Source: an uncultured Chloroflexia bacterium (lineage in GTDB: Bacteria > Chloroflexota > Limnocylindria > Limnocylindrales > CSP1-4). From it: DNA of 64,000 nucleotides. Numbering within the stretch: position 1 is the first letter of the stretch; every line of letters starts with the position of its first letter. The stretch is taken from assembly GCA_963699965.1 (NCBI GenBank), contig CAVOVX010000008.1, forward strand, positions 202,353-266,352. The letters run 5' to 3'. The notes below the pieces were generated by a model. The model was given only the letters and a program-made list of their open reading frames with translations. It searched no databases and was not told where the DNA came from. Shown in pieces: positions 1 to 11,460 of this stretch. The translations under genes were made by a program, and so were the position numbers.

Positions 1-463
<463 letters not shown>

Positions 464-496
464 CTCGGGTCAAGTGTAGCCGAACCGAACGAAACA

Positions 497-508
497 GAAC
501 AACTGTTC
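497..508. promoter_or_regulatory. LexA SOS box (GAAC-N4-GTTC) upstream of uvrA
   Basis: GAACaactGTTC lies over the -35 region of a minus-strand promoter whose -10 TACACT is at 473-478. Confidence 0.85.
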
Positions 509-576
509 AGGACCAATCGCGGCTCCAGACGGCCGGGCGAGTGCTATCTTCCGACCATGCATGGGGCCGTGACCGG

Positions 577-1035
577 ATGAGCGTCGAGGCGCTTGTCGGC
601 GAAGTCCGCCGTCGTCGTGCATCCGACGAGGAGCTGCACCTGACGGCGATCGCCGTGCTCGCCGACAGCGAACTCGTCCGATTCGGGGACGACCAGATCG
701 CCCTGGCACTCGCTGGGTGGGAGGCCATCCGGGCCGAGGGCGCGACTGAGACCTTTCCGACCGTGTCTCCGCCGACACTCAGGCTGATCCGCTCCCGGGT
801 GGCCCTCACGGAGGCGATCTTCCGGATGCTCCCCGAGGACGACAAGGCCAACCTCGTCTGCATCGGGTTCCTGGGCATCGTCGGCACGAACCTCGCCCGG
901 GAGCCATCGAGCTCGATGGCCGACTCCCCGGCCAAGCCATCCCGGTCGAGCTCCCGTGGTCGTCGAAAGGGAGCGGCGGACGAGCGGGTCGAAACGCCGG
1001 CCAAACCGCGTCGGACGCGCTCCGCGAACGGCTGA
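577..1035 (+). CDS. Hypothetical protein with basic disordered C-tail, divergent from uvrA (true start may be 557)
   Basis: ORF with host-like codon usage. -10 TATCTT (545-550) is 6 nt before ATG 557, which would be in frame if one G of the GGGG run is an error. Confidence 0.7.
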   Translation: MSVEALVGEVRRRRASDEELHLTAIAVLADSELVRFGDDQIALALAGWEAIRAEGATETFPTVSPPTLRLIRSRVALTEAIFRMLPEDDKANLVCIGFLGIVGTNLAREPSSSMADSPAKPSRSSSRGRRKGAADERVETPAKPRRTRSANG

Positions 1036-1174
1036 GCCTCCATCCTGGAGCTCGTGTCCCACGGAGGCCGGGCTTCGCGACGGCCCAATCTGTCCCGGAG
1101 CGAGGCCAATGGTGCGCCGTATCGATAGGGCCGTCGTCACGAGCCGACGCGATCGGCGCCAGGCCTGGAGGCTC
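1034..1174. repeat. Long intergenic imperfect hairpin (candidate ncRNA/REP-like element)
   Basis: Nested inverted repeats: GAGCCTCCA 1034-1042/1166-1174, GCTCGTG 1050-1056/1138-1144, CGACGGCCC 1078-1086/1128-1136. Confidence 0.55.
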
Positions 1175-1231
1175 TGCCCGCCGGCACGGCTGACCTCCGG
1201 CGATCGAGGCTGCGTGGACGTTCGCTGCGCC

Positions 1232-3624
1232 CTAGCGGCGCCGGCGAGGTGGCCGGCCCCCGGTCCGCTTCACGACGTTCGGGGTGACCGTCCGATCCCA
1301 GGTCGGCCGGTCCAGCCAGCGCGACTGCCAGCCGCCATCGTCGTCATGCTCGTCACGAATGCCCGGCAGCCAGTCGGAGGCGGTCGCGGCTGCCGTCTCC
1401 GCGGCGTCCTCGGCCAGGGCATCGGTCGGCTCTTCGCCGCCCGACGACAGGACGGTGACGGTCGTGACCTCGAGCGTCGGCGCGCTCGGCTCCGGCGCGC
1501 GCTGACCGGGTCGCCGGGTCGACGTCGCACGCGAGCCGGCGGCGCCCCGCGGCGAAGCACCGTCCCCGGCGCGACCCGCGCGCTCGGCGGCCCGGCCGAC
1601 CTCGACCGAGGCGTCCTGCTCGAGGATCCGAAGCCGGATCTGCTGGATCTCGTCGCGGAGGACGGCCGCCCGCTCGAACTCGAGGTTCTTGGCGGCGGCC
1701 CGCATGTCGGCCTCCATCCGGCCGAGCAGGGCCTCGACCTGGGCGACGCTCTGGGCGCCGAGATCGCGCGGGCCGTAGCGCCCGGCGGCGGCCCCGGCGA
1801 CGTAGACCTCGCTCGTCTCGGCGACCGCGCGAAGCCGCTCGTTGATGTCGTGGATCTCCTTGACGATCGTCGTCGGCTCGATCCCGTGCGCGGTGTTGTA
1901 GCCGACCTGGACCTCGCGCCGGCGGTTCGTCTCGTCGATCGCGGCCTGCATCGACTCGGTGACGTGGTCGGCGTACATGACGACGTCGCCGCCGATGTTG
2001 CGGGCGGCGCGGCCGATCATCTGGATGAGCGACCAGGCGCTCCGCAGGAACCCCTCCTTGTCGGCGTCGAGGATCGCCACGAGGGTCACCTCGGGCAGGT
2101 CGATCCCCTCGCGCAGGAGGTTGATCCCGACGAGCACGTCGTAGACCCCGAGCCGGAGGTCGCGCAGGATCTGGACCCGCTCGAGCGTGTCGACCTCGCT
2201 GTGGAGGTACTGGACCTTGACCCCGAGCTCGCGCAGGTAGTCGGCCAGGTCCTCGGCCATCTTCTTGGTCAGGGTCGTGACGATCGACCGCTCGCCGCGC
2301 TCGACCCGTCCGCGGATCTCCTCGAGCAGGTCGTCGATCTGGCCCTCGGTCGGGCGGACCGCGATCTGCGGGTCGACGACGCCGGTCGGCCGGATGAGCT
2401 GCTCGACGACCCGCTCGCTCTTCTCGAGCTCGTACGGCCCCGGCGTGGCGCTCAGGTAGACGGCCTGGCGGACCGTCGCCTCGAACTCCTCGAACGTCAG
2501 CGGGCGATTGTCGAGGGCCGACGGCAGGCGGAACCCGAAGTCGACCAGGATCTCCTTCCGGGTGCGGTCGTTCTTGTACATCCCGACGACCTGCGGGATC
2601 GACATGTGGCTCTCGTCGACGACCAGCAGCCAGTCCGGCGGGAAGTAGTCGAGCAGCGTCCAGGGCCGCGAACCGGGAGCGCGCCGGGCGAGGTGCCGGC
2701 TGTAGTTCTCGACACCCGAGCAGTAGCCGAGCTCGCGCATCATCTCGAGGTCGAACTGTGGTCCGCTGGCGGAGCCGGGCGGCCTCGAGGACCCGACCCT
2801 GCGCCTCCATCTCGCCGACCCGCAGCTCCATCTCGGCCTCGATGTCGACGAGCGCCTCCTTGAGCTTGTCGCCCGGCGTGACGAAGTGGGTGGCCGGGTA
2901 GACGTTGACGTCGTTCCGCTCGGCCAGCAGCTCGCCGGTCAGCGGGTCGACCTCGGTGATCCGCTCGACCTCGTCGCCGAAGAACTCGACGCGGACGATC
3001 CGATCGTCCGACGCGGGTCCGATCTCGAGGGTGTCGCCGCGGACCCGGAACCGGGCCCGCTGGAGTGCCTGGTCGTTGCGCTGGTACTGCAGATCGACCA
3101 GATGGCGAAGGACCGCGTCGCGCCGGTACTGGCCGCCGCGGCGCAGCCGGAGCACGGTTGCGCCGTAGTCGACCGGCGCACCGAGGCCGTAGATGCAGCT
3201 GACGCTGGCCGACGATGATCACGTCGCGCCGCTCGAACAGGGCATGGGTCGCCGCGTGGCGGAGCTTGTCGATCTCGTCGTTCCGGCTCGAGTCCTTCTC
3301 GATGTACGTGTCCGAACGGGGCAGGTACGCCTCCGGCTGGTAGTAGTCGAAGTAGCTCACGAAGTACTCGACCGCGTTGTCCGGGAAGAACTCCCGGAAC
3401 TCGGCGTAGAGCTGGGCGGCCAGCGTCTTGTTGTGGGCCAGGACCAGGGTCGGCTTCTGATGGCGCTCGATGGCCTTGGCGATCGTGAACGTCTTGCCGG
3501 TGCCGGTCGCTCCGAGCAGCGTCTGGTGACGGAGTCCCCTGGCCAGTCCATCGGCCAGTCGGTCGATCGCCTGGGGCTGGTCGCCGGTCGGCTCGAAATC
3601 GGCCACCAGCTTGAAGTCGGGCAT
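1232..3624 (-). CDS. uvrB: Excinuclease ABC subunit B (frameshifts near 3210 and 2750)
   Basis: [52 protein letters not shown] and the UVR motif FERAAVLRD, spread over three ORF pieces. Confidence 0.97.
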
Positions 3625-3653
3625 GGTCCGAGGATACACGAATCGACCTAAAC

Positions 3654-3667
3654 CGAACGCCTGTTCG
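3654..3667. promoter_or_regulatory. LexA SOS box upstream of uvrB
   Basis: CGAACgcctGTTCG fits the CGAAC-N4-GTTCG pattern and overlaps the -35 of the promoter whose -10 TATCCT is at 3631-3636 (minus strand). Confidence 0.9.
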
Positions 3668-3854
3668 TTGACGCTCATCGCCCTTCGAGGCGGTGCGTCG
3701 GCACCACGCCCGTACGAACGCAAGGAGCGTTCGGGACTAATCAGCCTCTCGGGTTCCGGGTGGCGCGATGGCATGCTCCGGGCCGGGGCCGTTGTGGCGT
3801 GCGCGCGGACCGTTTGGCACGCCGGCCGGCCAGCGCGGAGAGGACTGGCGGGGA

Positions 3855-4418
3855 ATGGGCGGAACGAGCCGCCGGACAGCAGTCGACCGATCCACCCAGG
3901 CCGGTCAGGGCCTGGTCGAATTCGCCCTCACGCTGCCGATCTTCGTCCTCGTGATGATGGGCGTCCTCGAGTTCGGCTTCCTCTACAACAACATCCTGAC
4001 CGTCCAGTACGCAGCGCGCCAGGGTGTCAGCGCGGCGGCCCAGGCCGGCGGCGTCGACGGCGCCGATTGCTCGATTCTCAAGTCGGTCGAGCGAGCACTG
4101 ACCACCCCGATCGACAAGTCGCGGGTGACGTCGGTCAAGATCTACAAGTCCGACGCCAACGGCGATCCGATCCCTGGTGCCATCAACGAGTACGTCCGGA
4201 CCGGGACGCTCGACTGCCCGGGTGACGAATCCGAGCCGTACACCATCGTCGGCAGCGAGGGCTACCCGCAGGCGGATCGGCACGACTCGCTCGCCGAGGG
4301 CCTCGACGTCGTCGGCGTCCGGATCGGCTATCTCTACGCCGGGATCACGCCGATCGGCTCGGGCCGGACGTGGCCGGTGTCGGACGGCGCGTCGCTCCGG
4401 ATGGAGCCGAAGCAGTGA
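3855..4418 (+). CDS. TadE family pseudopilin
   Basis: Prepilin motif [25 protein letters not shown] followed by AARQG. Confidence 0.9.
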   Translation: MGGTSRRTAVDRSTQAGQGLVEFALTLPIFVLVMMGVLEFGFLYNNILTVQYAARQGVSAAAQAGGVDGADCSILKSVERALTTPIDKSRVTSVKIYKSDANGDPIPGAINEYVRTGTLDCPGDESEPYTIVGSEGYPQADRHDSLAEGLDVVGVRIGYLYAGITPIGSGRTWPVSDGASLRMEPKQ

Positions 4419-4960
4419 GCGACCGACGTCGGTCCGGACGAGGCCAGGCGCTCGTCGAGTTCTGCCTCATCCTGCCGGTCTTCCTGCTGATCCTGATGGG
4501 GATGCTCGAGTTCGGGTCGGCGTTCGACCACCGGACCGCCATGGCCTACGCCGTCCGCGAAGGGGCCCGGGTCGGAGCGACGCTCGGCAACGGTGGGTCC
4601 TATCCGGACACGGTCGACCCGACGATCCTGGCCGCGGTCCAGCGCGGCCTGACCGACCCGATCCTGGTCGAGAACATCACCTCGATCGAGATCTTCAAGG
4701 CCGGCTCCGATGGCAAGCCGGTCGGTGGCGCGATCAACCGCTATGACCGGTTCGGCACCCTCATCGGGACCGCCGGCTGGCCGGCGACGAGCCGGGCCGT
4801 CGGCCTGTCGGGCGACTCGATCGGGGTCGGCGTCCGCTACGACTTCCACCCGACGACCCCGCTCGGGCAGCTCCTCGGGCTGTTCTTCGGCGGCAACCCG
4901 CCGTACACGACGATCCCCATGGTCGACGTGACGGTCATGCACCTGGAGCCGACCCCGTGA
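4415..4960 (+). CDS. TadE family pseudopilin
   Basis: RGQALVEFCLILPVFLLILMGMLEFG...AVREGAR; GTGA overlap with the upstream stop. Confidence 0.9.
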   Translation: MSDRRRSGRGQALVEFCLILPVFLLILMGMLEFGSAFDHRTAMAYAVREGARVGATLGNGGSYPDTVDPTILAAVQRGLTDPILVENITSIEIFKAGSDGKPVGGAINRYDRFGTLIGTAGWPATSRAVGLSGDSIGVGVRYDFHPTTPLGQLLGLFFGGNPPYTTIPMVDVTVMHLEPTP

Positions 4961-6555
4961 CGACGCGCCGCCCGCCCGATCTGGTCGCCTCGGAGCCGAC
5001 GACGCCAGCCACGGCCGGCGGCGATCGACGGGACGCCCGATCGGTTCGCAGGGCCGGCCAGGTGCTGGTCATGTTCGCCATGTCGGCCACGCTCCTGTTC
5101 GGCGTGCTGGCGATCGTCGTCGACGTCGGCAACATCTGGAACGCGTCGCTCCACGTCCAGCACGCGGCCGAGGCAGCCGCCCTGGCCGGCGTCCCGTACA
5201 TGCCCGGGCGACTTCGCCACGGCATCGTCGAAGGCCGTCGCCGAGGCCACCAAGAACGGCTTCGGAGCGGCGACCGGTGCGACGATCACGCCGGCGGTCA
5301 ACCTCGAGTCGAACCGGCGCCTCGACGTGACCGTCACCCAGACCTTCCAGACCTACTTCATGCGGATCGTCGGGATGAGCTCGGTCCGGATCAGCCGGGT
5401 GGCGACGGCCGAGTACACGCTGCCGGTGCCGATGGGCAGCCCGCTCAGCACCTACGGCGACAACTCGGGCTTCTTCTGGGCCGCCGGCGAGGCCCAGGGC
5501 ACGAACCGCTCGGCCGGCGACGCGTACGGGACGTACTACAACCCGAACCCGACCCAGAACAACCAGTACGACAGGAACGGCTACCAGTACGCCATCGACG
5601 TCCCGGCCGGAGCGGGCTCGACGAGCATCGACCTCTACGATCCGACGTTCTGCGCAGTCGACGACCAGAAGGGCACCGGCGACCACTGGATCAACTGGGA
5701 CCTGACCGGCTGGCCCGCGGTGTCGACCTACTACACGCTCTGGTCCGATCCGGCCTCGACCCCGCTCGACTACTCGGATGACGTCGTCGTGGCCTCGACC
5801 GGCACCCTGTTCGAGAACAAGCGCCAGGTCGACAAGAGCGCGGCGCTGCGCGAGAACTCGGCGAGCTGGCCCGGCCACGCCTTCTGGAGCCTGCCCGACT
5901 GCACGACCGACGCCTACCACAACCGGTGGTGGACGATGACGACCGTCACGACCCCGGGCACCTATCGCCTCCAGGTGACGACGACGAACCAGGCCAATCT
6001 CAACGATCAGAAGGGCACCAGCGCCGAGAACATGTGGGCGCTCCGGGCGGTCAGCAGCGACCCGACCTACAAGGCCTACGTCTACGGCCTGGGCAAGATG
6101 ATCATCTACGCCAACGTGGCGAACGGGACGACCCTGTTCTACCTCGGCCGGATCGAGGCGGTCCACGCCGGCAAGACGATGGTCATCCAGCTGTTCGACC
6201 CGGGCGACGCGTCGGGCAACTCGAGCATCGAGGTGCTCAAGCCGACGACGACGCGGCTACACCCCGGCCACGTTCAGCTACACCGCCGACTCGAACGCGT
6301 CGGGGTCGCGCAGCGGGACGAACGTGACCTCGCTGCGGACGACGATCAGCGGCTCCGGCCAGTACAACAACTCGTGGGTCACGCTTGACGATCCCGCTGC
6401 CCAAGACGTACACCGCGCCGCTGCCCCCCGGCGAGCCGGCCGGCACGCTCGGCGGCTGGTGGAAGATCCGCTACACGTTCGACAGCACGACCACCGACAC
6501 GACCACCTGGCAGGCCTCGATCCGGGGCAACCCGGTCCACCTGGTCCTCCCCTGA
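4957..6555 (+). CDS. TadG-like pilus protein with large Thr/Tyr/Asn-rich C-terminal domain (frameshifts ~5209, ~6255, ~6385)
   Basis: GQVLVMFAMSATLLFGVLAIVVDVG...QHAAEAAALAG N-terminus; continues in ORF 5327..6388 and ends WQASIRGNPVHLVLP*. Confidence 0.82.
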
Positions 6556-6738
6556 ACCGACGATCCGCCGCCCGGCCGAACGTGCGACCCGGCTTGGTAC
6601 TTCCGACGAGTAGGGCCGAGCGTCGATCGGGCGACGATCTGGCGGTCGAGCCACGTGCCCGCCCGGACGCCGAGCGTCCGGACCGCGCGAGGGCGCTGGG
6701 CCGACCGACCGTCGCCTTCCCCGAGGAGTCCTGACCCG

Positions 6739-7615
6739 ATGGAGATGGAGTTCGACGACAATCGCGGACGCGGGCGATTCGTCATCGTCATGGGCCTGAT
6801 CCTGGCCGTCGTCGCCGGTGGCGCGGCGTTCTTCCTGATCAGCCAGGCCCAGCAGCAGGCGGCCCAGCCGGGAGCCAACGGTCACGATCGTCGTCGCGGC
6901 CCGGCAGATCCCGGCCCGAAAGCCGATCGAGGCCGCCGACGTGGCGATCCGCGAGGTCCCGGTCGACCCGACGAACTGCCCAGGGCGTGTTCTCCGACCC
7001 GACCAAGGTCATCGGGCTCATCCCCGGCGTGACGATCCTCGAGGGCCAGCCGGTCTACGCCAACTTCCTCGCCTCGCAGGTCGCAGGGTGGCCAGTTCTC
7101 GATCCTCGGGCCCGGCGAGACGATCGGCGCCCGACAGCGAGACCTGGCGGGCGGTCTCGCTGACCGTTCCCGACGACCGCGCCGTCGGCGGCCTCGTCCG
7201 GCCCGGCGACACCGTCGACGTCTTCGTCACCACGACGGTCTCGGTCCCGGAGGACATCGCCGCCACCGGCCGGTACTACACGGACAAGTCGACCAAGATC
7301 ACCTACCAGGACCTCGTCGTGCTGGCCAAGGCGAGCACGTTCTACGTGATGAAGGTCCCGGCGGCGATCGCCGAGGAGGTCAGCCACCTCCAGGCCAGCG
7401 GCGCAGCCGCGTTCAGCCTCGCCCTGCGTCCGCCGGCCGACGACCGGGCCGGTCGACGCCTCGCGGCTCGGCGAGACGACGAACCTGATCATCGAGCGCT
7501 ACGGCCTGCCGGTCCCGCAGCCCTACCCGCCGGGCACGGGCGTCGCTCGACCCAGCCCGACGCCGAGCCCGTCGCCCGAGCCCCGCCCCGACCGCCTCGC
7601 CCGGCCGCTCCCTGA
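6739..7615 (+). CDS. cpaB: Flp pilus assembly protein CpaB/RcpC (SAF domain), frameshifted
   Basis: N-terminal TM helix, SAF-like IVVAARQIPA, and RAVSLTVPDDRAVGGLVRPGDTVDV. Confidence 0.8.
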
Positions 7616-8274
7616 GCCCGGCCGATCGGGTCGCTGCGCCGGCCTGCGGCCAGCGCCTCGTCGAGCGCCGCGTCGACCACGATCCGAGCGTCGCCGTCGC
7701 GGCCGCCGCTCGTGTCGAGCGTGCGGCGTCGCGACCGGCGCGGACGCGCTCGACGAGCCCGGCCTGGCTGGCGATCCGCCGTTCCGCCTCGGCCGGATCC
7801 AGCCCGCGGCCGGCCAGCCTGGCCCGTTGGACCGCCGGGTCGCAGACGACCAGCCAGACCTCGTCGAGCAGCGTCGGCGTAGCCGCCTTCGACGAGCCGG
7901 ATCGCCTCGAGCACGACGGCCGGGGCGTCCGTCGCGGGCCGCGGCGTCGAGCGCCGCGAGGAGGCGCGGCCGGATCGCCGGGTGGGTGATCGCCTCGAGT
8001 GCCCGGAGCTCCTCCGGGTCGTCGAAGACGCGCCGCCCGAGGGCCGCCCGGTCGAGCGAGCCGTCCGGGCCGATCAGCTCCGGGCCGAACCGTCCGGCGA
8101 TCGCGGCGAGCGCCGGCTCGCCCGGCGCGGTCACCTCGCGGGCGACGCGGTCGGCGTCGATGACGATCGCCCCCAGCTCGCGCGAGCCGGGCGGCGACCG
8201 TCGACTTGCCGCAGCCGATCGGCCCGGTCAGCCCGATCCGGACGGGGCCCGAGCGCGGTCGGTCGCGCGGTCAC
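7612..8274 (-). CDS. coaE: Dephospho-CoA kinase (multiple frameshifts; 3' end approximate)
   Basis: IGLTGPIGCGKSTVA, VIDAD, DGSLDRAALGRRVF, LEAITHPAI, EAIRLVE in different frames. Confidence 0.88.
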
Positions 8275-10362
8275 GGCGCCCGCTCCTCGAGCTCGAGCCA
8301 CGACTCCTCGGCCGCCTCGAGGGCGAGGTGACGTCGGCCAGCTCGCTCGTGATCCGGCGCAGCTCGACGAAGTTGGCGGCGACCGCCGGGTCGCCCATCG
8401 CCAGCTCGAGGTGGCTCTTGCGCAGGCCGAGCCGGGTGAGCTCGGCGTCGAGCGCGGCCCGCTGGCGGCGGTAGGCGTCCTTCGACAGCCTCGGCGCCGT
8501 CGGCGGTCCGGGCCGTCCGGGCGGCTCCGACCGTGGCCGGCGCCTGGCCGAGCCGGGCTCCGTGACCGGCGGTCTCGGCCGTTGCGTCGATCGGCGCCGG
8601 TTCGCCGAGGACCCCGGCCACGACCGTGCCCGCGACCGGGCGGCCCCCGGTCCGGAGCCGCCGGGCCTCGGCCTCGATCGCCCCGGCGACCGTCCAGCCG
8701 TCGGCGACCGCCGCGCGCCAGGCGCGGTAGCCGCCGTCGAACGCCGCCGCGGCCCGCCGTCGACGACCCACAGCCGCTCGCAGACCGTCTCGAGCAGCCG
8801 CCGGTCGTGGCTGACCACGAGGAGCGTCGCCGGCGGTCTCGCGCAGGAACGCCTCGATCGCCTCGCGGGCCGGGATGTCGAGGTGGTTCGTCGGCTCGTC
8901 GAGCAGCAGCAGGTTCGCCGGCAGGATCCCGAGCAGGGCGAGCTCGAGCCGCGACCGCTCGCCGCCGGACAGCGTGCGGACCTCCTTGAAGGCGTCGTCG
9001 CCCCGGAACAGGAACCGGGCGAGGTAGCCGCGCGCCTCGCCGGGCGTGACCGGGATCGCCTCGAGGAGCGCGTCGAGGACGGTCGTCCCGGGGATCGCCG
9101 CGCCGCGCAGCTGGGCGAGGTAGCCGATCGACACGCCGCCGCCGATCGTCAGCGTGCCGTCGAGCGGCGGGAGCTCGCCGGCGATCGTCCGGAGCAGGGT
9201 CGTCTTGCCGGCCCCGTTCGGCCCGACGATGCCGATCCGCTCGCCGCGCTGGGCGGCCAGGAACGGGACCCGGGCGACGACCAGCGGCTCGAGCGGCGGC
9301 TGCTCGCTCGAGTCGTCCGACTCGCGCCGGAGCCGGGGCAGGTAGCCGACGACGAGGTCCTCCGCCCGGACGACGATCTCGCCCGAGCGGGCCGGCCCGG
9401 CGCCGGTCAGCGCCGGCGTCGCCGAGCTTGAGCCCGCGCGGTCGGCTTGGGCGCCTCGATCCGCTCGGCCTGGAGCCGCTCGAGGCGAGCCTCGTGCTCG
9501 TGCATCTTGGCTGAACTTGCGATGGCTCCGGTAGCGCTGGACGAGCTCCCTCTCGCGGGCGATCGCGTCGGCCTGGGTCGTCGACGTCCTTGCCCAGCCG
9601 CAGCGTCGCGCTCGTCGCGCTGGCGGCGGTACTGGCTGTAGTCGCCCCGGAACACCGTCAGCCGCCGGTCGCGCAGCTCCCAGATCCGGCGTGACGGTCG
9701 CGTCGAGGAACGCCCGGTCGTGGCTGGCGACGATGAGCGAGCCGTGCCCGTCGCCGGAGGTGCTCCTCGAGCCACTCGAGGGCGTCGAGGTCGAGATGGT
9801 TCGTCGGCTCGTCGAGCATGAGCAGCTCGGGGTCGGCGACGACGAGGCGGGCCAGCGCCGCCCGCGTCTGCTCGCCGCCGGACAGCGCGCGCGGGCGGCC
9901 TGGCCCACTCGGCCCGGCCGAAGCCCGAGCCCGGACAGCGTCGCGTCGACCCGCTGGTCGAGGGTGTAGCCGCCGAGCACCTCGTAGCGGTGCTGGAGGT
10001 CGGCGTAGGCGGGCTCGGTCACCCGGTGGGCGCGCTCGAGCTCGGCCAGCTCGGCCGCCATCGCATCGAGATGGGCCGCGCCGGTCCGGACCGCCGTCCG
10101 GAGGTCCGGCGCGGCCATGAACGCCGCGTCGAAGTGCGACTCCTGGGCGAGCAGGCCGAGGCTCAGGCCGCGCTTCCGGATGGACCGTGCCCCGGTCGGG
10201 CTCGTCGAGACCCGCCGCCAGCCGGAGCAGGGTCGTCTTGCCGGCACCGTTCGGGCCGACCAGCCCGATCCGGTCGCCGACCGCGACCGCGGCGCTGACG
10301 TCGTCGAGGATCACGAACGTGCCGATCTCGCGGGTCACCCGCTCGAACCGGAGCAGGCTCAC
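8271..10362 (-). CDS. ABC-F family ATPase with C-terminal coiled-coil (Uup-like), frameshifted
   Basis: Two NBDs (GPNGAGKTT twice, [14 protein letters not shown] twice), no TM domains, C-terminal '[15 protein letters not shown]...EESWLEL' resembling ABC_tran_CTD. Confidence 0.9.
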
Positions 10363-11460
10363 GGATCGCTGCCGCGTCGACCTGCTCGCCGTCGCCATCG
10401 CCGCCCGGGCGGCCGCCCGGCGTCGCGCGGCCGCCCGCTTCGTTCGATCCGTCCGCGCCTTCTGGGCCGCCCGTTCGGCCTCGGCCGGCGTCAGCCCGAG
10501 GGCGCCGTCCCCGGCGAGCTCGGTCCAGCGCCGCCCGCGCCGACCGGCCCGTCCCGCCGACCCGCCGGTCATCGTCGCCAGGACTCGCTCGCGCGCCTGC
10601 CCGGTCGGCCGCCGGCAGCCGCTGGCACCACGAGCAGAAGTGGGTCGCCCGGGCACCGAGGACGATCCGCCGGATCGGTCGCCCGCAGCGGGGGCACGGC
10701 TCGCCGGCCCGCTGGTAGACGTTCAGCCGCTCCTGCATCGCGCCGTCGCCGTCGGGCGCGGTGTAGTCGTCGATCGACGAGCCGCGTCGCTCGACCGCCT
10801 CGGCCAGGATCGACCGGATCGCCAGGTAGAGCCGTCGCTCGTCGGCCGGCCGCAGGCTCCGCGCCGAGCGGAGCGGGTGGAGGCGAGCCGCCAGAGCGCC
10901 TCGTCGGCGTAGATGTTGCCGATCCCGGCGAGGAACCCCTGGTCGAGGAGGAGCGGCTTGAGCCGCGCCTTCCGCCCGCGAAGCCGCGACCGGAAGGCGC
11001 GCAGGGTGAACGCCGGGTCGAGCGGCTCCGGTCCGTGGCCGGCGAAGACCGCGACGCCGCCCGGCTCGGTCACGAGCTCGCCGGTTGCCGGATCGCGCGG
11101 GTAGAGCCCGACCCTGCCGAACTTGCGGATGTCGCGGAAGCGGAGCTCGCGGCCGTCGGCCAGCTCGAGGACGAGGCGGACGTACGGGTCGATGGGCGCC
11201 GCGGCCGGGACGACGAACAGCTGGCCGGTCATCTTGAGGTGGATCGTCAGCGCCGCCTCCCCGGACAGCTCGATCACGACGAGCTTTGCCCGCCGCCCGA
11301 CCGCTTCGACCCGGCGACCGGCGACCTCGGCCGCGAAGGCCTCGGGCGAGTGGGTCCGGAGCGTCCGGGCCCAGGAGGAGCGCGCGCCGACGATCGTCGC
11401 TCCGACGAGCCGCGGCCGCAGATCCCGGGCGACGGTCTCGACCTCGGGCAGCTCAGGCAC
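10359..11460 (-). CDS. mutM: Formamidopyrimidine-DNA glycosylase with C-terminal extension (frameshifted)
   Basis: [32 protein letters not shown], zinc finger CPRCG...FCSWCQ. Confidence 0.95.

Noticed and set aside
3716-3732. GAAC...GTTC as a second LexA box
   Set aside because: Spacer is 9 nt rather than 4; better read as a hairpin.
9658-10656. Apparent MutM-tail/ABC-F in-frame fusion
   Set aside because: A GTGA stop/start overlap at 10359-10362 and many nearby indels explain it as two genes plus an assembly error.
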